Assembly: GCA_045544375.1 (NCBI GenBank)
Contig: JAZPYY010000028.1
Location: 2,183-66,182 of the forward strand
Reading direction: 5' to 3'
Length of the DNA stretch: 64,000 bases
Source of the DNA: Shuttleworthella sp.
GTDB taxonomy: Bacteria; Bacillota; Clostridia; Lachnospirales; Lachnospiraceae
In this document: positions 46,802-58,177 of the stretch, one piece after another
Position numbering within the stretch: position 1 is the stretch's first letter
Layout: the number at the start of each line of letters is the position of its first letter
Program-made: the position numbers and the translations under genes
Notes under the pieces: model-generated
Told to the model about the DNA's origin: nothing
The model's input: only the letters and a program-made list of their open reading frames with translations
Database searches by the model: none

Positions 46802-47086
46802 GTTCACATATTATGAACAGATATACACCCGCTAAAACTGGGCCTTTTGACGCGTTTTCAGGCGTTTTTTCAACGCTTTATGAACAGAGGAGTAAAAATC
46901 CAAAAAACGGCGGTTTTTATTGCGAAAAAAGGCCATTTGCGATACAATGTTTCTTGTATGTTTTTGCCCTTTTTTCATATTTTAAGGGCAGGTCGAGCGT
47001 CTGTAAACGGAATTTTCCGCAGCGACGCATCTGTAAATGTTAGTAGCGCTTTTTCTTTTTCTTCCTATTTAAATACAGAGGTTTTT

Positions 47087-48466
47087 ATGGATCAGCTGCT
47101 TTCCAAATGGGATGATATTCTTCAGACCGTAAAGAGAGAATATAACGTACTGGATATTTCTTTCAACACCTGGCTGGCTCCGCTGGAAGTGTACGCGGTG
47201 AAGGATCAGGTGCTTTATATCCTGTTTCCCTCCGATTCAGACCAGATGACGCTGAATTATATAACGAAGAAATTCGAACTGCCCCTTCGCGTGACTATTG
47301 CGGAGCTGACAGGCGAAGAATACGATCTTCGTTTCATCCTGCCGAAAGACGCGGTTTCTCTGACGGCTGAGGATATCCGTCCGGTGGCAGAGTCCCGGGA
47401 CAGCGATGCTGATATGAAGGCCTATCAGGAAACCCACTTAAATTCCCGCTATACCTTCGATACCTTCGTCGTCGGCAAGGACAACCGCTTTGCCCAGACG
47501 GCTTCTCTTGCCGTGGCCGAATCCCCGGGAGACGCCTTTAATCCACTGTACATTTACGGCGGTCCGGGACTGGGCAAAACCCACCTGATGCATGCCATCG
47601 GCAACTTCATCTTTAAGCAGAATCCGAAAAAGAAGGTGCTGTACGTCACCTCGGAAGAATTTGTCAACGAAGTGATCGAATCCATCCGCAGCGTGAACAA
47701 TTCTTCCGCCATGACGAAGTTCCGCGAGAAATACCGCACGGTGGACGTGCTGATGATCGACGATATCCAGTTTATCATCGGCAAGGAAAGTACGCAGGAA
47801 GAGTTTTTCCACACCTTTAACTCGCTGCACAGCCAGAAGAAGCAGATCATCCTCACCTCCGATAAGCCGCCCAAGGCCATGGAGACCTTGGAAGCCCGCA
47901 TCCAGTCCCGCTTTGAGTGGGGCCTGATGGCCGACATCGGCTCGCCGGACTACGAAACCCGTATGGCCATCCTGCGGCGCAAGCTGGAAACCGAAAGCTT
48001 CCACCTGGATGACGAGATTCTTCATTATATAGCAGATAACATCCGCTCCAACATCCGGGAGCTGGAGGGCGCCTTAAATAAGCTGATCGCCTATTCCAAG
48101 CTGCAGCAGGTGCCCATTACCATGGAAATCGCCGAAAAGGAACTGGAGAATATCATCTCCCCCGACCAGCCCCGGGCCGTGACGCCTCAGCTGATCATCG
48201 AGATGGTGGCGGATCATTTCCAGATCTCTGTGGATCAGATGATCTCAAAAAACCGCACCTCGTCCATTTCCCGGCCGCGGCAGATCGCCATGTATCTGTG
48301 CAAAAACCTGACCGATTCGCCCTTAGACGCCATCGGTTCCCTGCTGGGCGGCCGTGATCATTCCACGATCATTCACGGACACAAGAAGATCGCGGAAGAG
48401 TACGATACCGACGCGGAATTACGTGCACAAGTGGATATCATCACGAAAAAGATTCTTCCGGGCTGA
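47087..48466 (+). CDS. dnaA: Chromosomal replication initiator protein DnaA
   Basis: GGPGLGKTHLMHAIG (Walker A), the IDDIQF box and C-terminal domain IV are present. ATG 47087 (MDQLLSKWDDIL). The ORF-track 5' extension covers oriC. Confidence 0.97.
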   Translation: MDQLLSKWDDILQTVKREYNVLDISFNTWLAPLEVYAVKDQVLYILFPSDSDQMTLNYITKKFELPLRVTIAELTGEEYDLRFILPKDAVSLTAEDIRPVAESRDSDADMKAYQETHLNSRYTFDTFVVGKDNRFAQTASLAVAESPGDAFNPLYIYGGPGLGKTHLMHAIGNFIFKQNPKKKVLYVTSEEFVNEVIESIRSVNNSSAMTKFREKYRTVDVLMIDDIQFIIGKESTQEEFFHTFNSLHSQKKQIILTSDKPPKAMETLEARIQSRFEWGLMADIGSPDYETRMAILRRKLETESFHLDDEILHYIADNIRSNIRELEGALNKLIAYSKLQQVPITMEIAEKELENIISPDQPRAVTPQLIIEMVADHFQISVDQMISKNRTSSISRPRQIAMYLCKNLTDSPLDAIGSLLGGRDHSTIIHGHKKIAEEYDTDAELRAQVDIITKKILPG

Positions 48467-48799
48467 TGAGTGATGATGGGATGATTTTAAAGAAGGCATT
48501 TCATCCACATCTATCCCCGAAGCATCCTCAGAAAATCCGCAGGGATTTCCACGGATGAAACCACTTTAAATTGACGGTTTTACGGGCTTTTGCAACGTTA
48601 TGAACATGTAAACAGGCCCTATTAAGAATACGTATAAATCTTTCATAAGAGAGCAAAACGCGCTGCGCGAATCCCCGGAGAATCCGAAATGAAGGTTTCG
48701 TGTGGATATCTACGTGAGTTTAAAGGAAAAGTGTTCAATCTTACAAATACAGAAAAACGTTATCATAATCGAAGATCATAAAAGAAAGGGGTATCCGCA
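48467..48799. other. dnaA-dnaN intergenic region, probable second oriC segment
   Basis: One-mismatch DnaA boxes are TCATCCACA (48501-48509) and TGTGGATAT (48701-48709), with a TTATGAACA variant at about 48598. The 333 bp have no ORF. Confidence 0.55.
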
Positions 48800-49903
48800 A
48801 TGAAAATCGTCTGCTCCAAGAGCGACCTGGTCAAAGCTGTATTTACCGTTTCCAAGGCGGTTCCGACCCGTACCACGATGCCGATTCTAGAGTGCATCAT
48901 CTTAGATGCCACAGCCGGTGACATCCGCCTGATGGCCAGCGACACCGAACTTGCCATTGAAACCACCATCGACGGTGAGATTTTAGAGCCGGGTGTGATA
49001 GGTTTAAATGCCCGTCTGTTTGGCGACATGGTGCGCAAACTGCCGGATCTGGACGTGACCATCAGCTGCGGCGACAATCTGGTGACCAACATCCGCTGCG
49101 GAAAGGCCATCTTTGACATTGCCGGCCAGAACGCCGACGACTTCAACTTCCTTCCGGCCAACCGGATGTTTGATCCGGTGGTGATTTCCGAACTGGCCTT
49201 AAAGGATGTGATCCGACAGACCATCTTCTCCACGGCGGACAACGACAACAACCGGATGATGACCGGCGAGCACTTCCTGGTGCGGGATTCGGCTCTGAAG
49301 GTGACCTCCCTTGACGGCCATCGCATTTCCATCCGCCAGGTGGATTTAAAAGAACGTTACGAAGAAACCAGCGTCATCGTGCCCGGTAAGGTCTTAAATG
49401 AAATCACGAAGATCTTAAGCGGCGGCGCGGAAGACATGGTATCCATCTTCTTCTCCAAAAACGAAATCATCTTCGAATTCGAAAATACCGTGGTGGTATC
49501 CCGACTGATTGACGGCGAATATTTCAAGGTAGATCAGATGATTTCCGCCGACTTTTCCACAAAAGTTTCGGTATCGAAGCGTGACCTGTTAGACTGTATC
49601 GACCGTTCCACCCTGTTCGTCAAAGAAGGGGAGAAAAAGCCCATCATCATGCAGATCTCTGAAGGCAGCATGCGGATTTCCATCCGCTCGGCTTTGGGTG
49701 CCTTAGATGAAGATCTGGCCATCGAAAAAGAAGGCGGCGATCTGACCATCGGATTCAATCCCAAGTTCTTCATGGATGCCTTAAGAGCCATCGATGACGA
49801 ACAGGTGGATATTTACTATGTGAATCAGAAAGCACCGTGTGTGATTAAGGATGCGGAAGGAAGCTATCTGTATCTGATTCTGCCGGTAAACATTATTGTT
49901 TAG
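48800..49903 (+). CDS. dnaN: DNA polymerase III beta sliding clamp
   Basis: 367 aa with a three-domain clamp pattern, directly after dnaA. Confidence 0.97.
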   Translation: MKIVCSKSDLVKAVFTVSKAVPTRTTMPILECIILDATAGDIRLMASDTELAIETTIDGEILEPGVIGLNARLFGDMVRKLPDLDVTISCGDNLVTNIRCGKAIFDIAGQNADDFNFLPANRMFDPVVISELALKDVIRQTIFSTADNDNNRMMTGEHFLVRDSALKVTSLDGHRISIRQVDLKERYEETSVIVPGKVLNEITKILSGGAEDMVSIFFSKNEIIFEFENTVVVSRLIDGEYFKVDQMISADFSTKVSVSKRDLLDCIDRSTLFVKEGEKKPIIMQISEGSMRISIRSALGALDEDLAIEKEGGDLTIGFNPKFFMDALRAIDDEQVDIYYVNQKAPCVIKDAEGSYLYLILPVNIIV

Positions 49904-50035
49904 TTTTTAAGTGTGAATCAGCGCCGGCGCTTGGCGATCCGCGTTAGCGGGAGCCTTAGCGTCCGCTGCTGCGAGGCTCGGAGCGAGAGCGTCCCGCCAA
50001 AAACACATTCAACCGAAGCGCCGTTGCAACAAATG
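49904..50035. repeat. GC-rich structured non-coding block between dnaN and yaaA (starts with module E)
   Basis: TTTTTAAGTGTGAATCAGCGCCG (49904-49926) resembles the reverse complement of 38933-38958. Nested hairpins include GCGCCGGCGC and AGCGGGA...TCCCGC. Confidence 0.55.
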
Positions 50036-50051
50036 TAAGAAAGTTGGTTTT

Positions 50052-50264
50052 ATGGAAATATCTCTTCGCGAAGGCGAATCTTTTATTAAACTTGGCCAGG
50101 CTTTGAAGAAGGCTGGTCTTGTGGGCAGCGGCGTGGACGCGAAGTTTGTGATTCAGGATGGCGAGGTGTCCGTGAACGGCGAGGTTGATACCCGCCGGGG
50201 ACGGAAACTTGTGGTGGGAGATGAATTTTCCTACAACGGCGAGACGGTGAAGATTGTGCCGTAA
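50052..50264 (+). CDS. yaaA: S4-domain RNA-binding protein YaaA
   Basis: 70 aa with the S4-like KLGQALKKAGLVGSGVDAKFVIQDGEVSVNGEV. It occupies the conserved position between dnaN and recF. Confidence 0.8.
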   Translation: MEISLREGESFIKLGQALKKAGLVGSGVDAKFVIQDGEVSVNGEVDTRRGRKLVVGDEFSYNGETVKIVP

Positions 50265-50333
50265 CGGTTTTTCAAGCAGGAAAAATGCCCGTCAGGGACA
50301 TTTGATATGGCTCTGTTTGGGTATACATCACTT

Positions 50334-51422
50334 ATGAAAATAAAAAGCATTGAACTTCAGAATTTCCGCAATTATCGGGCTGTCCGCCTGGAGCCGGAGG
50401 ATGGTACCACCGTTCTTTACGGCAAAAACGCCCAGGGGAAAACCAATCTGCTGGAAGCCGTTTATGTTGGCGCTACCTCCAAGTCGCCGCGCACGTCGAA
50501 GGATCGGGATCTGATCCGTTTTGGTGAAGATGAGGCGCATCTTCGGATGATCGTCGTCCGGGACGGGATGGAATCCCGTATCGACATGCATTTTCGCAAA
50601 AATAAGAGTAAGGGAATTGCCATAAACGGCGTTCCCATTCGCCGGGCTACGGAACTGTTTGGCATAGCCAGTGTTGTTCTGTTTTCACCGGAAGATCTTT
50701 CTATCATCAAAAATGGTCCTGCCGAGCGCCGGCGGTTTATGGACGCCGAGCTTTGCCAGCTGGACCGGATTTATCTGTCTGATCTGAGTAAGTATCAGAG
50801 GGTGCTGGACCAGCGCAGCAAGCTTTTAAAGGAGATCTACGAGGATCCGAAAAAAGCGGATACCTTGGATGTCTGGGATGCTCAGCTGGTGCAGTACGGG
50901 TCAAGAGTGATCCGCCGTCGGCGGCAGTTTCTGCAGGAAATCCGCGATACCGTGGAGGATCTGCATCGGAATCTGACCGGCGGGACGGAAGAAATCAGCG
51001 TCAGTTACGAACCGAATACGGAAGATGTGTTCTTTGCGGATGCGCTTTTTGCCGCCCGGGATAAGGATATCCGCTTAGGACAGACTTCCTGCGGGCCGCA
51101 CCGGGATGATATCCGTTTTACGGCCAATGGCATCGACATCCGGCAGTACGGATCTCAGGGGCAGCAGCGAACCTGCGCCCTGTCGCTGAAACTTTCCGAA
51201 ATTGCCATTGTTGAAAAAGCACGGGGCGAAAAGCCGGTGCTTCTTCTGGACGATGTGCTTTCCGAGCTGGATTCGGACCGGCAGAGGTTTTTGCTTTCCA
51301 GCATCCGGGACACTCAGACCATTATCACCTGCACCGGTCTGGATGAGTTTGTGAAAAACCAGTTTTCCATCGACCGCATGTATCATGTGGAAGAGGGAAC
51401 GATAGAACTATATGAGTCTTAA
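50334..51422 (+). CDS. recF: DNA replication/repair protein RecF
   Basis: MKIKSIELQNFRNY and GKNAQGKTNLLEAVY (Walker A) are present, plus a C-terminal LLLDDV Walker B. Confidence 0.95.
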   Translation: MKIKSIELQNFRNYRAVRLEPEDGTTVLYGKNAQGKTNLLEAVYVGATSKSPRTSKDRDLIRFGEDEAHLRMIVVRDGMESRIDMHFRKNKSKGIAINGVPIRRATELFGIASVVLFSPEDLSIIKNGPAERRRFMDAELCQLDRIYLSDLSKYQRVLDQRSKLLKEIYEDPKKADTLDVWDAQLVQYGSRVIRRRRQFLQEIRDTVEDLHRNLTGGTEEISVSYEPNTEDVFFADALFAARDKDIRLGQTSCGPHRDDIRFTANGIDIRQYGSQGQQRTCALSLKLSEIAIVEKARGEKPVLLLDDVLSELDSDRQRFLLSSIRDTQTIITCTGLDEFVKNQFSIDRMYHVEEGTIELYES

Positions 51423-51521
51423 AAGAGATCATTTCTGATCTCGAATAAAAAGTGAAAAACGCCGGTTAAAATACCATTCATTCTGACCGGCTTTTTAAAG
51501 AAACAGAAAACAGTGTTGTAA

Positions 51522-53477
<1,956 letters not shown>

Positions 53478-53486
53478 TTTTAAAAA

Positions 53487-53625
53487 GGATCAGCACACAG
53501 TGAAAAGTCACGAAACGATCATTTATGATCGTTTCGAAGAGTTTTCACTGTGTGGCCAAGACGCGAAGCGGCTCTGGCCGAACACAACGAAAAACGCGAA
53601 GCGTTTTGAGTTTGTTCGCTGATCC
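53487..53625 (+). repeat. 139-nt palindromic element in the gyrB-gyrA gap, predicted four-way junction
   Basis: The closing stem is GGATCAGC (53487-53494) with GCTGATCC (53618-53625). Hairpin 53495-53553 has 12+11 bp arms. Hairpins 53554-53579 and 53580-53617 are each capped by CGC-GAA-GCG. Confidence 0.6.
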
Positions 53626-53654
53626 GCAAAACAGCCTTAAACTAGGAGCATTGC

Positions 53655-56300
53655 ATGGACGACAAAATTTTTGATATTTCCGACCAGATCCAGGAGGTGG
53701 ATCTGAAAGAGACCATGGAAACCTCTTACATCGACTACGCCATGAGCGTTATCGCGGCCCGTGCGCTGCCGGATGTAAGAGACGGCTTAAAGCCGGTGCA
53801 GCGGCGGGTGCTGTTTTCCATGATCGAGCTGAACAACGGTCCCGATAAGCCGCACCGTAAATGCGCACGTATCGTGGGCGATACCATGGGTAAATATCAT
53901 CCCCACGGCGACAGCTCGATTTACGGTGCTCTGGTAAATATGGCCCAGGACTGGTCCACCCGTTATCCCTTAGTGGACGGCCATGGCAACTTCGGTTCCG
54001 TGGACGGCGACGGCGCGGCGGCCATGCGATATACCGAAGCCCGTCTGTCCAGGATTTCCATGGCGCTCTTAGCGGATATCAATAAGGACACCGTGGATTT
54101 CGTCCCCAACTTTGATGAGACGGAGCGGGAGCCTTCGGTGCTTCCGGCCCGGTTCCCCAACCTGCTGGTGAACGGTACCACCGGTATCGCCGTGGGTATG
54201 GCCACCAACATTCCGCCCCACAACCTGCGGGAAGTGGTGGACGGAGTGGTGCGCATCATCGACAATCACGTAAATGAGGGTCGGGATACGGATCTGGAAG
54301 AGATCATGGAAGTGATCAAGGGACCGGATTTCCCCACCGGCGGCGTGATTTTAGGCCGTCGCGGCATCGAAGAAGCCTATCGTACCGGCCGCGGCAAGCT
54401 GAAGGTTCGTGCCGTGACGGACATCGAGCCCATGGACAACGGCAAGCATCGCATCGTGGTAACCGAGATCCCCTACGGCGTGAACAAGGCCCGTCTGTGC
54501 GAGAAGATCGGCGATCTGGTGAAGGAAAAGCGTCTGGACGGCATTACGGCCATCCGGGATGAATCCTCCCGTGAAGGCATGCGGGTGGTGGTGGAACTGC
54601 GCCGGGATATCAATCCCAACGTCATGTTAAACCAGCTCTACAAGCACACTCAGCTGCAGGATACCTACGGTGTCATCATGCTGGCTCTGGTGAACAACGA
54701 GCCGAAGGTGATGAACTTAAAAGACATGCTGGTGCATTACCTGCGTCATCAGGAGGACGTGGTTACCCGCCGCACCCAGTATGATTTAAACAAAGCGTTG
54801 GAGCGCGATCACATTTTACAGGGATTGATCATCGCTTTAGACAACATCGACGAAGTCATCAAAATCATCCGCGGTTCCGAAACCGTGGCTCTTGCCAAGA
54901 CCCGCCTGATGGAGCGCTTCGGACTGTCCGACGTTCAGGCCCAGGCCATCGTGGATATGCGTCTGCGCGCCCTGACCGGTTTGGAACGGGAAAAGCTGGA
55001 AGCGGAGCACAAGGAACTGATGGAAAAGATCGCCTACTATCGCGAAATCTTAGGCGACAAGAACAAGCTGCTGACGGTCATCAAGGAAGAACTGCAGGAG
55101 ACGGCAGACAAATACAGCGACGACCGCCGCACCCAGATCGGTTTCGACGACGAAGAGTTCTCCATGGACGATCTGATTCCCGAGACCAATACGGTGGTGA
55201 CCTTTACGAAGTTAGGCTATATCAAGCGTATGAACGCCGACAACTTCAAGGCTCAGCATCGCGGCGGTAAGGGTATCAAGGGCATGGATACCATCGACGA
55301 GGATTACATCGTGGAACTGCTGATGACCTCGTCCCACAATTACCTGATGTTCTTTACCAATCAGGGCCGTGTATACCGCATCAAGGCCTACGAGATTCCG
55401 GAAGCCTCCCGTACCGCCCGGGGAACGGCCATCGTAAACATCCTTCCGCTGATGCCGGAGGAAAAGATTACGGCCATGATCCCCATCCGGGAATATTCCG
55501 AGGATCTGTACCTGTTTATGGCCACCCGGAACGGTATCGTAAAGAAGACGCCGCTGTCCGAATACGAAAATATCCGCAAGACCGGCTTAACCGCCATCAA
55601 CCTGCGCAGCGAAGACAAGCTGATCGAGGTGAAACTGACGGACAACGACGACGATATCCTGCTGTTTACGAAGAACGGTCAGTGCGCCCGCTTCCATGAG
55701 CGGGATGTGCGCACCACCGGCCGGGCCACCATGGGCGTCATCGGTATCAACCTTGCGGATGACGACCGGGTTATCGCCATGCAGCTGGCCAAGGACGCCG
55801 AAAGTGTGGTGCTGGTGTCCCAGAAGGGTCTCGGCAAGTGCACGAAGGTCAGCGAGTTCCCCTGCCACCATCGCGGCAGCAAGGGCGTGCTGTGCTACAA
55901 GATTACGGAAAAGACCGGCTGCCTGGTGGGCGTCAAGTCGGTGGAATATGACAACGAGCTGATGCTGATCAACAAGGCCGGCACCATCATCCGCATCGCC
56001 ATCAGCGATACGGCTCTGTTAGGGCGCGTTACCAGCGGCGTGAAACTGATCAGCTTAAAGGGCGACGACGAAGTGGCCTCCATCGCCGTTGTGCAGAAAG
56101 AAGATTTAGACGAGGAAGAGGAACCTTCGGAAGAAGGGGAGAATTCTTCGGAGGAAGGTGAAACGGTTTCAGAGAAAGATGAAACGGTTTCATCCGAAGA
56201 CGCATCTTCGGATGAGGGGACTTCGAATGAGGGGACCGATGCGGGCATAGAGCCCGAAAATGAGGCGGAAAAGCCCGAATCTTCTGAAGCCGAAGAATAA
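53655..56300 (+). CDS. gyrA: DNA gyrase subunit A with ~66-aa acidic C-terminal tail
   Basis: The [10 protein letters not shown] active-site Tyr region, the QRDR-type [13 protein letters not shown] and the beta-pinwheel C-terminal domain are present. The tail is [21 protein letters not shown]... Confidence 0.98.
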   Translation: MDDKIFDISDQIQEVDLKETMETSYIDYAMSVIAARALPDVRDGLKPVQRRVLFSMIELNNGPDKPHRKCARIVGDTMGKYHPHGDSSIYGALVNMAQDWSTRYPLVDGHGNFGSVDGDGAAAMRYTEARLSRISMALLADINKDTVDFVPNFDETEREPSVLPARFPNLLVNGTTGIAVGMATNIPPHNLREVVDGVVRIIDNHVNEGRDTDLEEIMEVIKGPDFPTGGVILGRRGIEEAYRTGRGKLKVRAVTDIEPMDNGKHRIVVTEIPYGVNKARLCEKIGDLVKEKRLDGITAIRDESSREGMRVVVELRRDINPNVMLNQLYKHTQLQDTYGVIMLALVNNEPKVMNLKDMLVHYLRHQEDVVTRRTQYDLNKALERDHILQGLIIALDNIDEVIKIIRGSETVALAKTRLMERFGLSDVQAQAIVDMRLRALTGLEREKLEAEHKELMEKIAYYREILGDKNKLLTVIKEELQETADKYSDDRRTQIGFDDEEFSMDDLIPETNTVVTFTKLGYIKRMNADNFKAQHRGGKGIKGMDTIDEDYIVELLMTSSHNYLMFFTNQGRVYRIKAYEIPEASRTARGTAIVNILPLMPEEKITAMIPIREYSEDLYLFMATRNGIVKKTPLSEYENIRKTGLTAINLRSEDKLIEVKLTDNDDDILLFTKNGQCARFHERDVRTTGRATMGVIGINLADDDRVIAMQLAKDAESVVLVSQKGLGKCTKVSEFPCHHRGSKGVLCYKITEKTGCLVGVKSVEYDNELMLINKAGTIIRIAISDTALLGRVTSGVKLISLKGDDEVASIAVVQKEDLDEEEEPSEEGENSSEEGETVSEKDETVSSEDASSDEGTSNEGTDAGIEPENEAEKPESSEAEE

Positions 56301-56318
56301 GGAATGAAAAGTGCAGCT

Positions 56319-56595
56319 TCTGCGGGCTAAAAGCCTGCAGAAGCTCTTGCTTTACAGTCAATTTCGAAAAGTCTGCAGGTTTTGGGCTTTTTGGGGCTTC
56401 CAGCGGGCTTTTAACCCAGGAAAATGATCGATTTGCAGTACTGCTGGAAGATGCCTGGAGAAGTCTGATTTTTAAAACCTCCAGCGGGCTAAAAGCCCGC
56501 GGAAACTATAAATTTGCAGTACGATCGGAAAATGCCTGAAGTTATCTGATTATTAGAACTTCCAGCGGGCTTTTAGCCCGTGGAAAGGAAAAGAA
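56319..56595 (+). repeat. Degenerate tandem repeat, exact 81-bp period, about 3.4 units, each unit starting with a GCGGGC-loop-GCCCGC hairpin
   Basis: Units start at 56319, 56400, 56481 and 56562 (xCxGCGGGCxxxxxxCC). Shared internal blocks are TTTGCAGTAC and AAAATGCCTG / AAAAGTCTG. The first hairpin (56316-56344) probably doubles as the gyrA terminator. Confidence 0.8.
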
Positions 56596-57456
56596 ATGCG
56601 TACCCTGGATGTGAAAGAAGTAACGGCAGCCATCGCCCAGATGTGCATCGACGCCAACTATCATTTGAGCGCCGAAATGACAGAAATGATTCACGCGGCG
56701 AAGGATGCGGAATCCAGCGCCTTAGGCCAGCGGGTGTTAGGTCAGCTGGTGCAGAACCTTGAAATTGCGGACACAGACCGCATTCCCATCTGCCAGGATA
56801 CAGGTATGGCGGTGGTTTTCCTGGAGATCGGCCAGGATGTGCATCTGACCGGCGGAAACTTAGAAGACGCCGTAAATGAAGGCGTCCGCAAAGGCTACCA
56901 GGAAGGATTTCTGCGCAAATCCGTGGTGTCCGATCCCATCCTGCGGGAAAATACGAAAGACAACACGCCGGCCGTGATTCACACCCGCATCGTCCCGGGG
57001 GAGCAGCTGCATATCACCTTGGCACCCAAGGGCTTCGGCAGTGAGAACATGAGCCGTGTCTTCATGAAAAAGCCGGCAGACGGCATTGATGGCGTGAAAG
57101 ACGCCATTTTGACCGCCGTCAAAGACGCCGGCCCCAATGCCTGTCCGCCCATGGTGGTGGGTGTGGGCGTAGGCGGCACTTTTGAGAAAGCCGCGCTGCT
57201 GGCCAAGCACGCGCTGACTTTGGAAGGCGCCGCGCCGCGGATGCTGGACGGAACGCTGCAGCCGGATTGGGCGAAGGATCTGGAGCAGGAAATGCTTGAA
57301 AAAATCAACGCCCTGGGTATCGGTCCCGGCGGGCTGGGCGGCAAAACCACGGCCCTGGCGGTGCATGTGGAAACCTATCCCACGCACATCGCAGGTCTTC
57401 CTGTGGCAGTGAACATCTGCTGTCACGTAAACCGGCACGAAGAGCGCACACTTTAA
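56596..57456 (+). CDS. Class I (Fe-S) fumarate hydratase / tartrate dehydratase family, alpha subunit
   Basis: IPICQDTGMAVVFLEIG and GGTFEKAALLAK are present. The beta subunit gene follows 18 nt later. Confidence 0.9.
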   Translation: MRTLDVKEVTAAIAQMCIDANYHLSAEMTEMIHAAKDAESSALGQRVLGQLVQNLEIADTDRIPICQDTGMAVVFLEIGQDVHLTGGNLEDAVNEGVRKGYQEGFLRKSVVSDPILRENTKDNTPAVIHTRIVPGEQLHITLAPKGFGSENMSRVFMKKPADGIDGVKDAILTAVKDAGPNACPPMVVGVGVGGTFEKAALLAKHALTLEGAAPRMLDGTLQPDWAKDLEQEMLEKINALGIGPGGLGGKTTALAVHVETYPTHIAGLPVAVNICCHVNRHEERTL

Positions 57457-57474
57457 CGATTGAAGGAAAAAGTT

Positions 57475-58020
57475 ATGAATATCACCCTTCCTATCACAAA
57501 AGAAACCGCCGAAACCCTGCACATCGGCGATTATGTTTATCTTTCCGGCGAGATGCTGGTGGCCCGGGATGCGGCCCACAAGCGTCTGTGCGATCTGCTG
57601 GATGAGGGAAAAGCCCTTCCGGTGGACATCGCCGGACAGACGGTGTACTACATGGGACCCTCCCCGGCCCGGGAAGGCCGCCCCATCGGCTCTGCAGGCC
57701 CCACCACGGCAAGCCGGATGGACAAATATGCCCCGCGCCTGCTGGATTTAGGTCTGGCGGCCATGGTGGGAAAAGGCCGCCGCACCCAGGAAGTCAAAGA
57801 TGCCATCTGCCGGAACAAGGCAGTCTATTTTGCCGCCGTTGGCGGAGCGGGCGCTCTGCTGTCCAAGTGCATCAAGCAGTCGGAGTGCATCGCTTATCCG
57901 GATCTGGGGGCGGAAGCAATCCTTCGCATTCAGGTGGAGGATTTTCCGGTGGTGGTGGTGGCTGACTGCCACGGCGGAGACCTGTATGAAGATGTGGCCC
58001 GCGCGGGTGAGGGATTGTAA
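57475..58020 (+). CDS. Class I fumarate hydratase / tartrate dehydratase family, beta subunit
   Basis: GPTTASRMD and GKG blocks are present. ATG 57475 follows GAAGGAAAAAG. The ORF-track start at 57460 is TTG. Confidence 0.9.
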   Translation: MNITLPITKETAETLHIGDYVYLSGEMLVARDAAHKRLCDLLDEGKALPVDIAGQTVYYMGPSPAREGRPIGSAGPTTASRMDKYAPRLLDLGLAAMVGKGRRTQEVKDAICRNKAVYFAAVGGAGALLSKCIKQSECIAYPDLGAEAILRIQVEDFPVVVVADCHGGDLYEDVARAGEGL

Positions 58021-58037
58021 GTGAAAAAAGCGTAATG

Positions 58038-58098
58038 AAACCCCGCGCGGCGTTGGAAAACACCGGCGTAAAGCGAGCAGCCGCGCGGATGGGTTTTT
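58038..58098 (+). terminator. Terminator after the fumarate hydratase genes
   Basis: AAACCCCGCGCGG...CCGCGCGGATGGGTTT followed by TTTTT. A second copy of the CGTAATG(A/G)A(A)CCCCGCGCGG motif is at 58111-58130. Confidence 0.6.
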
Positions 58099-58177
58099 CA
58101 GGCGAATAAGACGTAATGGACCCCGCGCGGTCTGCGCAGAATCCCCGAACAGGCAAGAACAAACACGGAGAAAAAGC

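Noticed and set aside
56319-56595. CRISPR array
   Set aside because: The segments between the hairpins are homologous to each other (a degenerate tandem repeat) rather than unique spacers. The period is 81 bp, there are only about 3.4 units, and there are no cas genes.
56860-57579. 239-aa ORF antisense to the fumarate hydratase genes. The same reasoning applies to 47438-48025, 26679-27362, 31535-32164, 33546-34184 and 15495-16070.
   Set aside because: All lie opposite confidently identified genes and have shadow-ORF composition.
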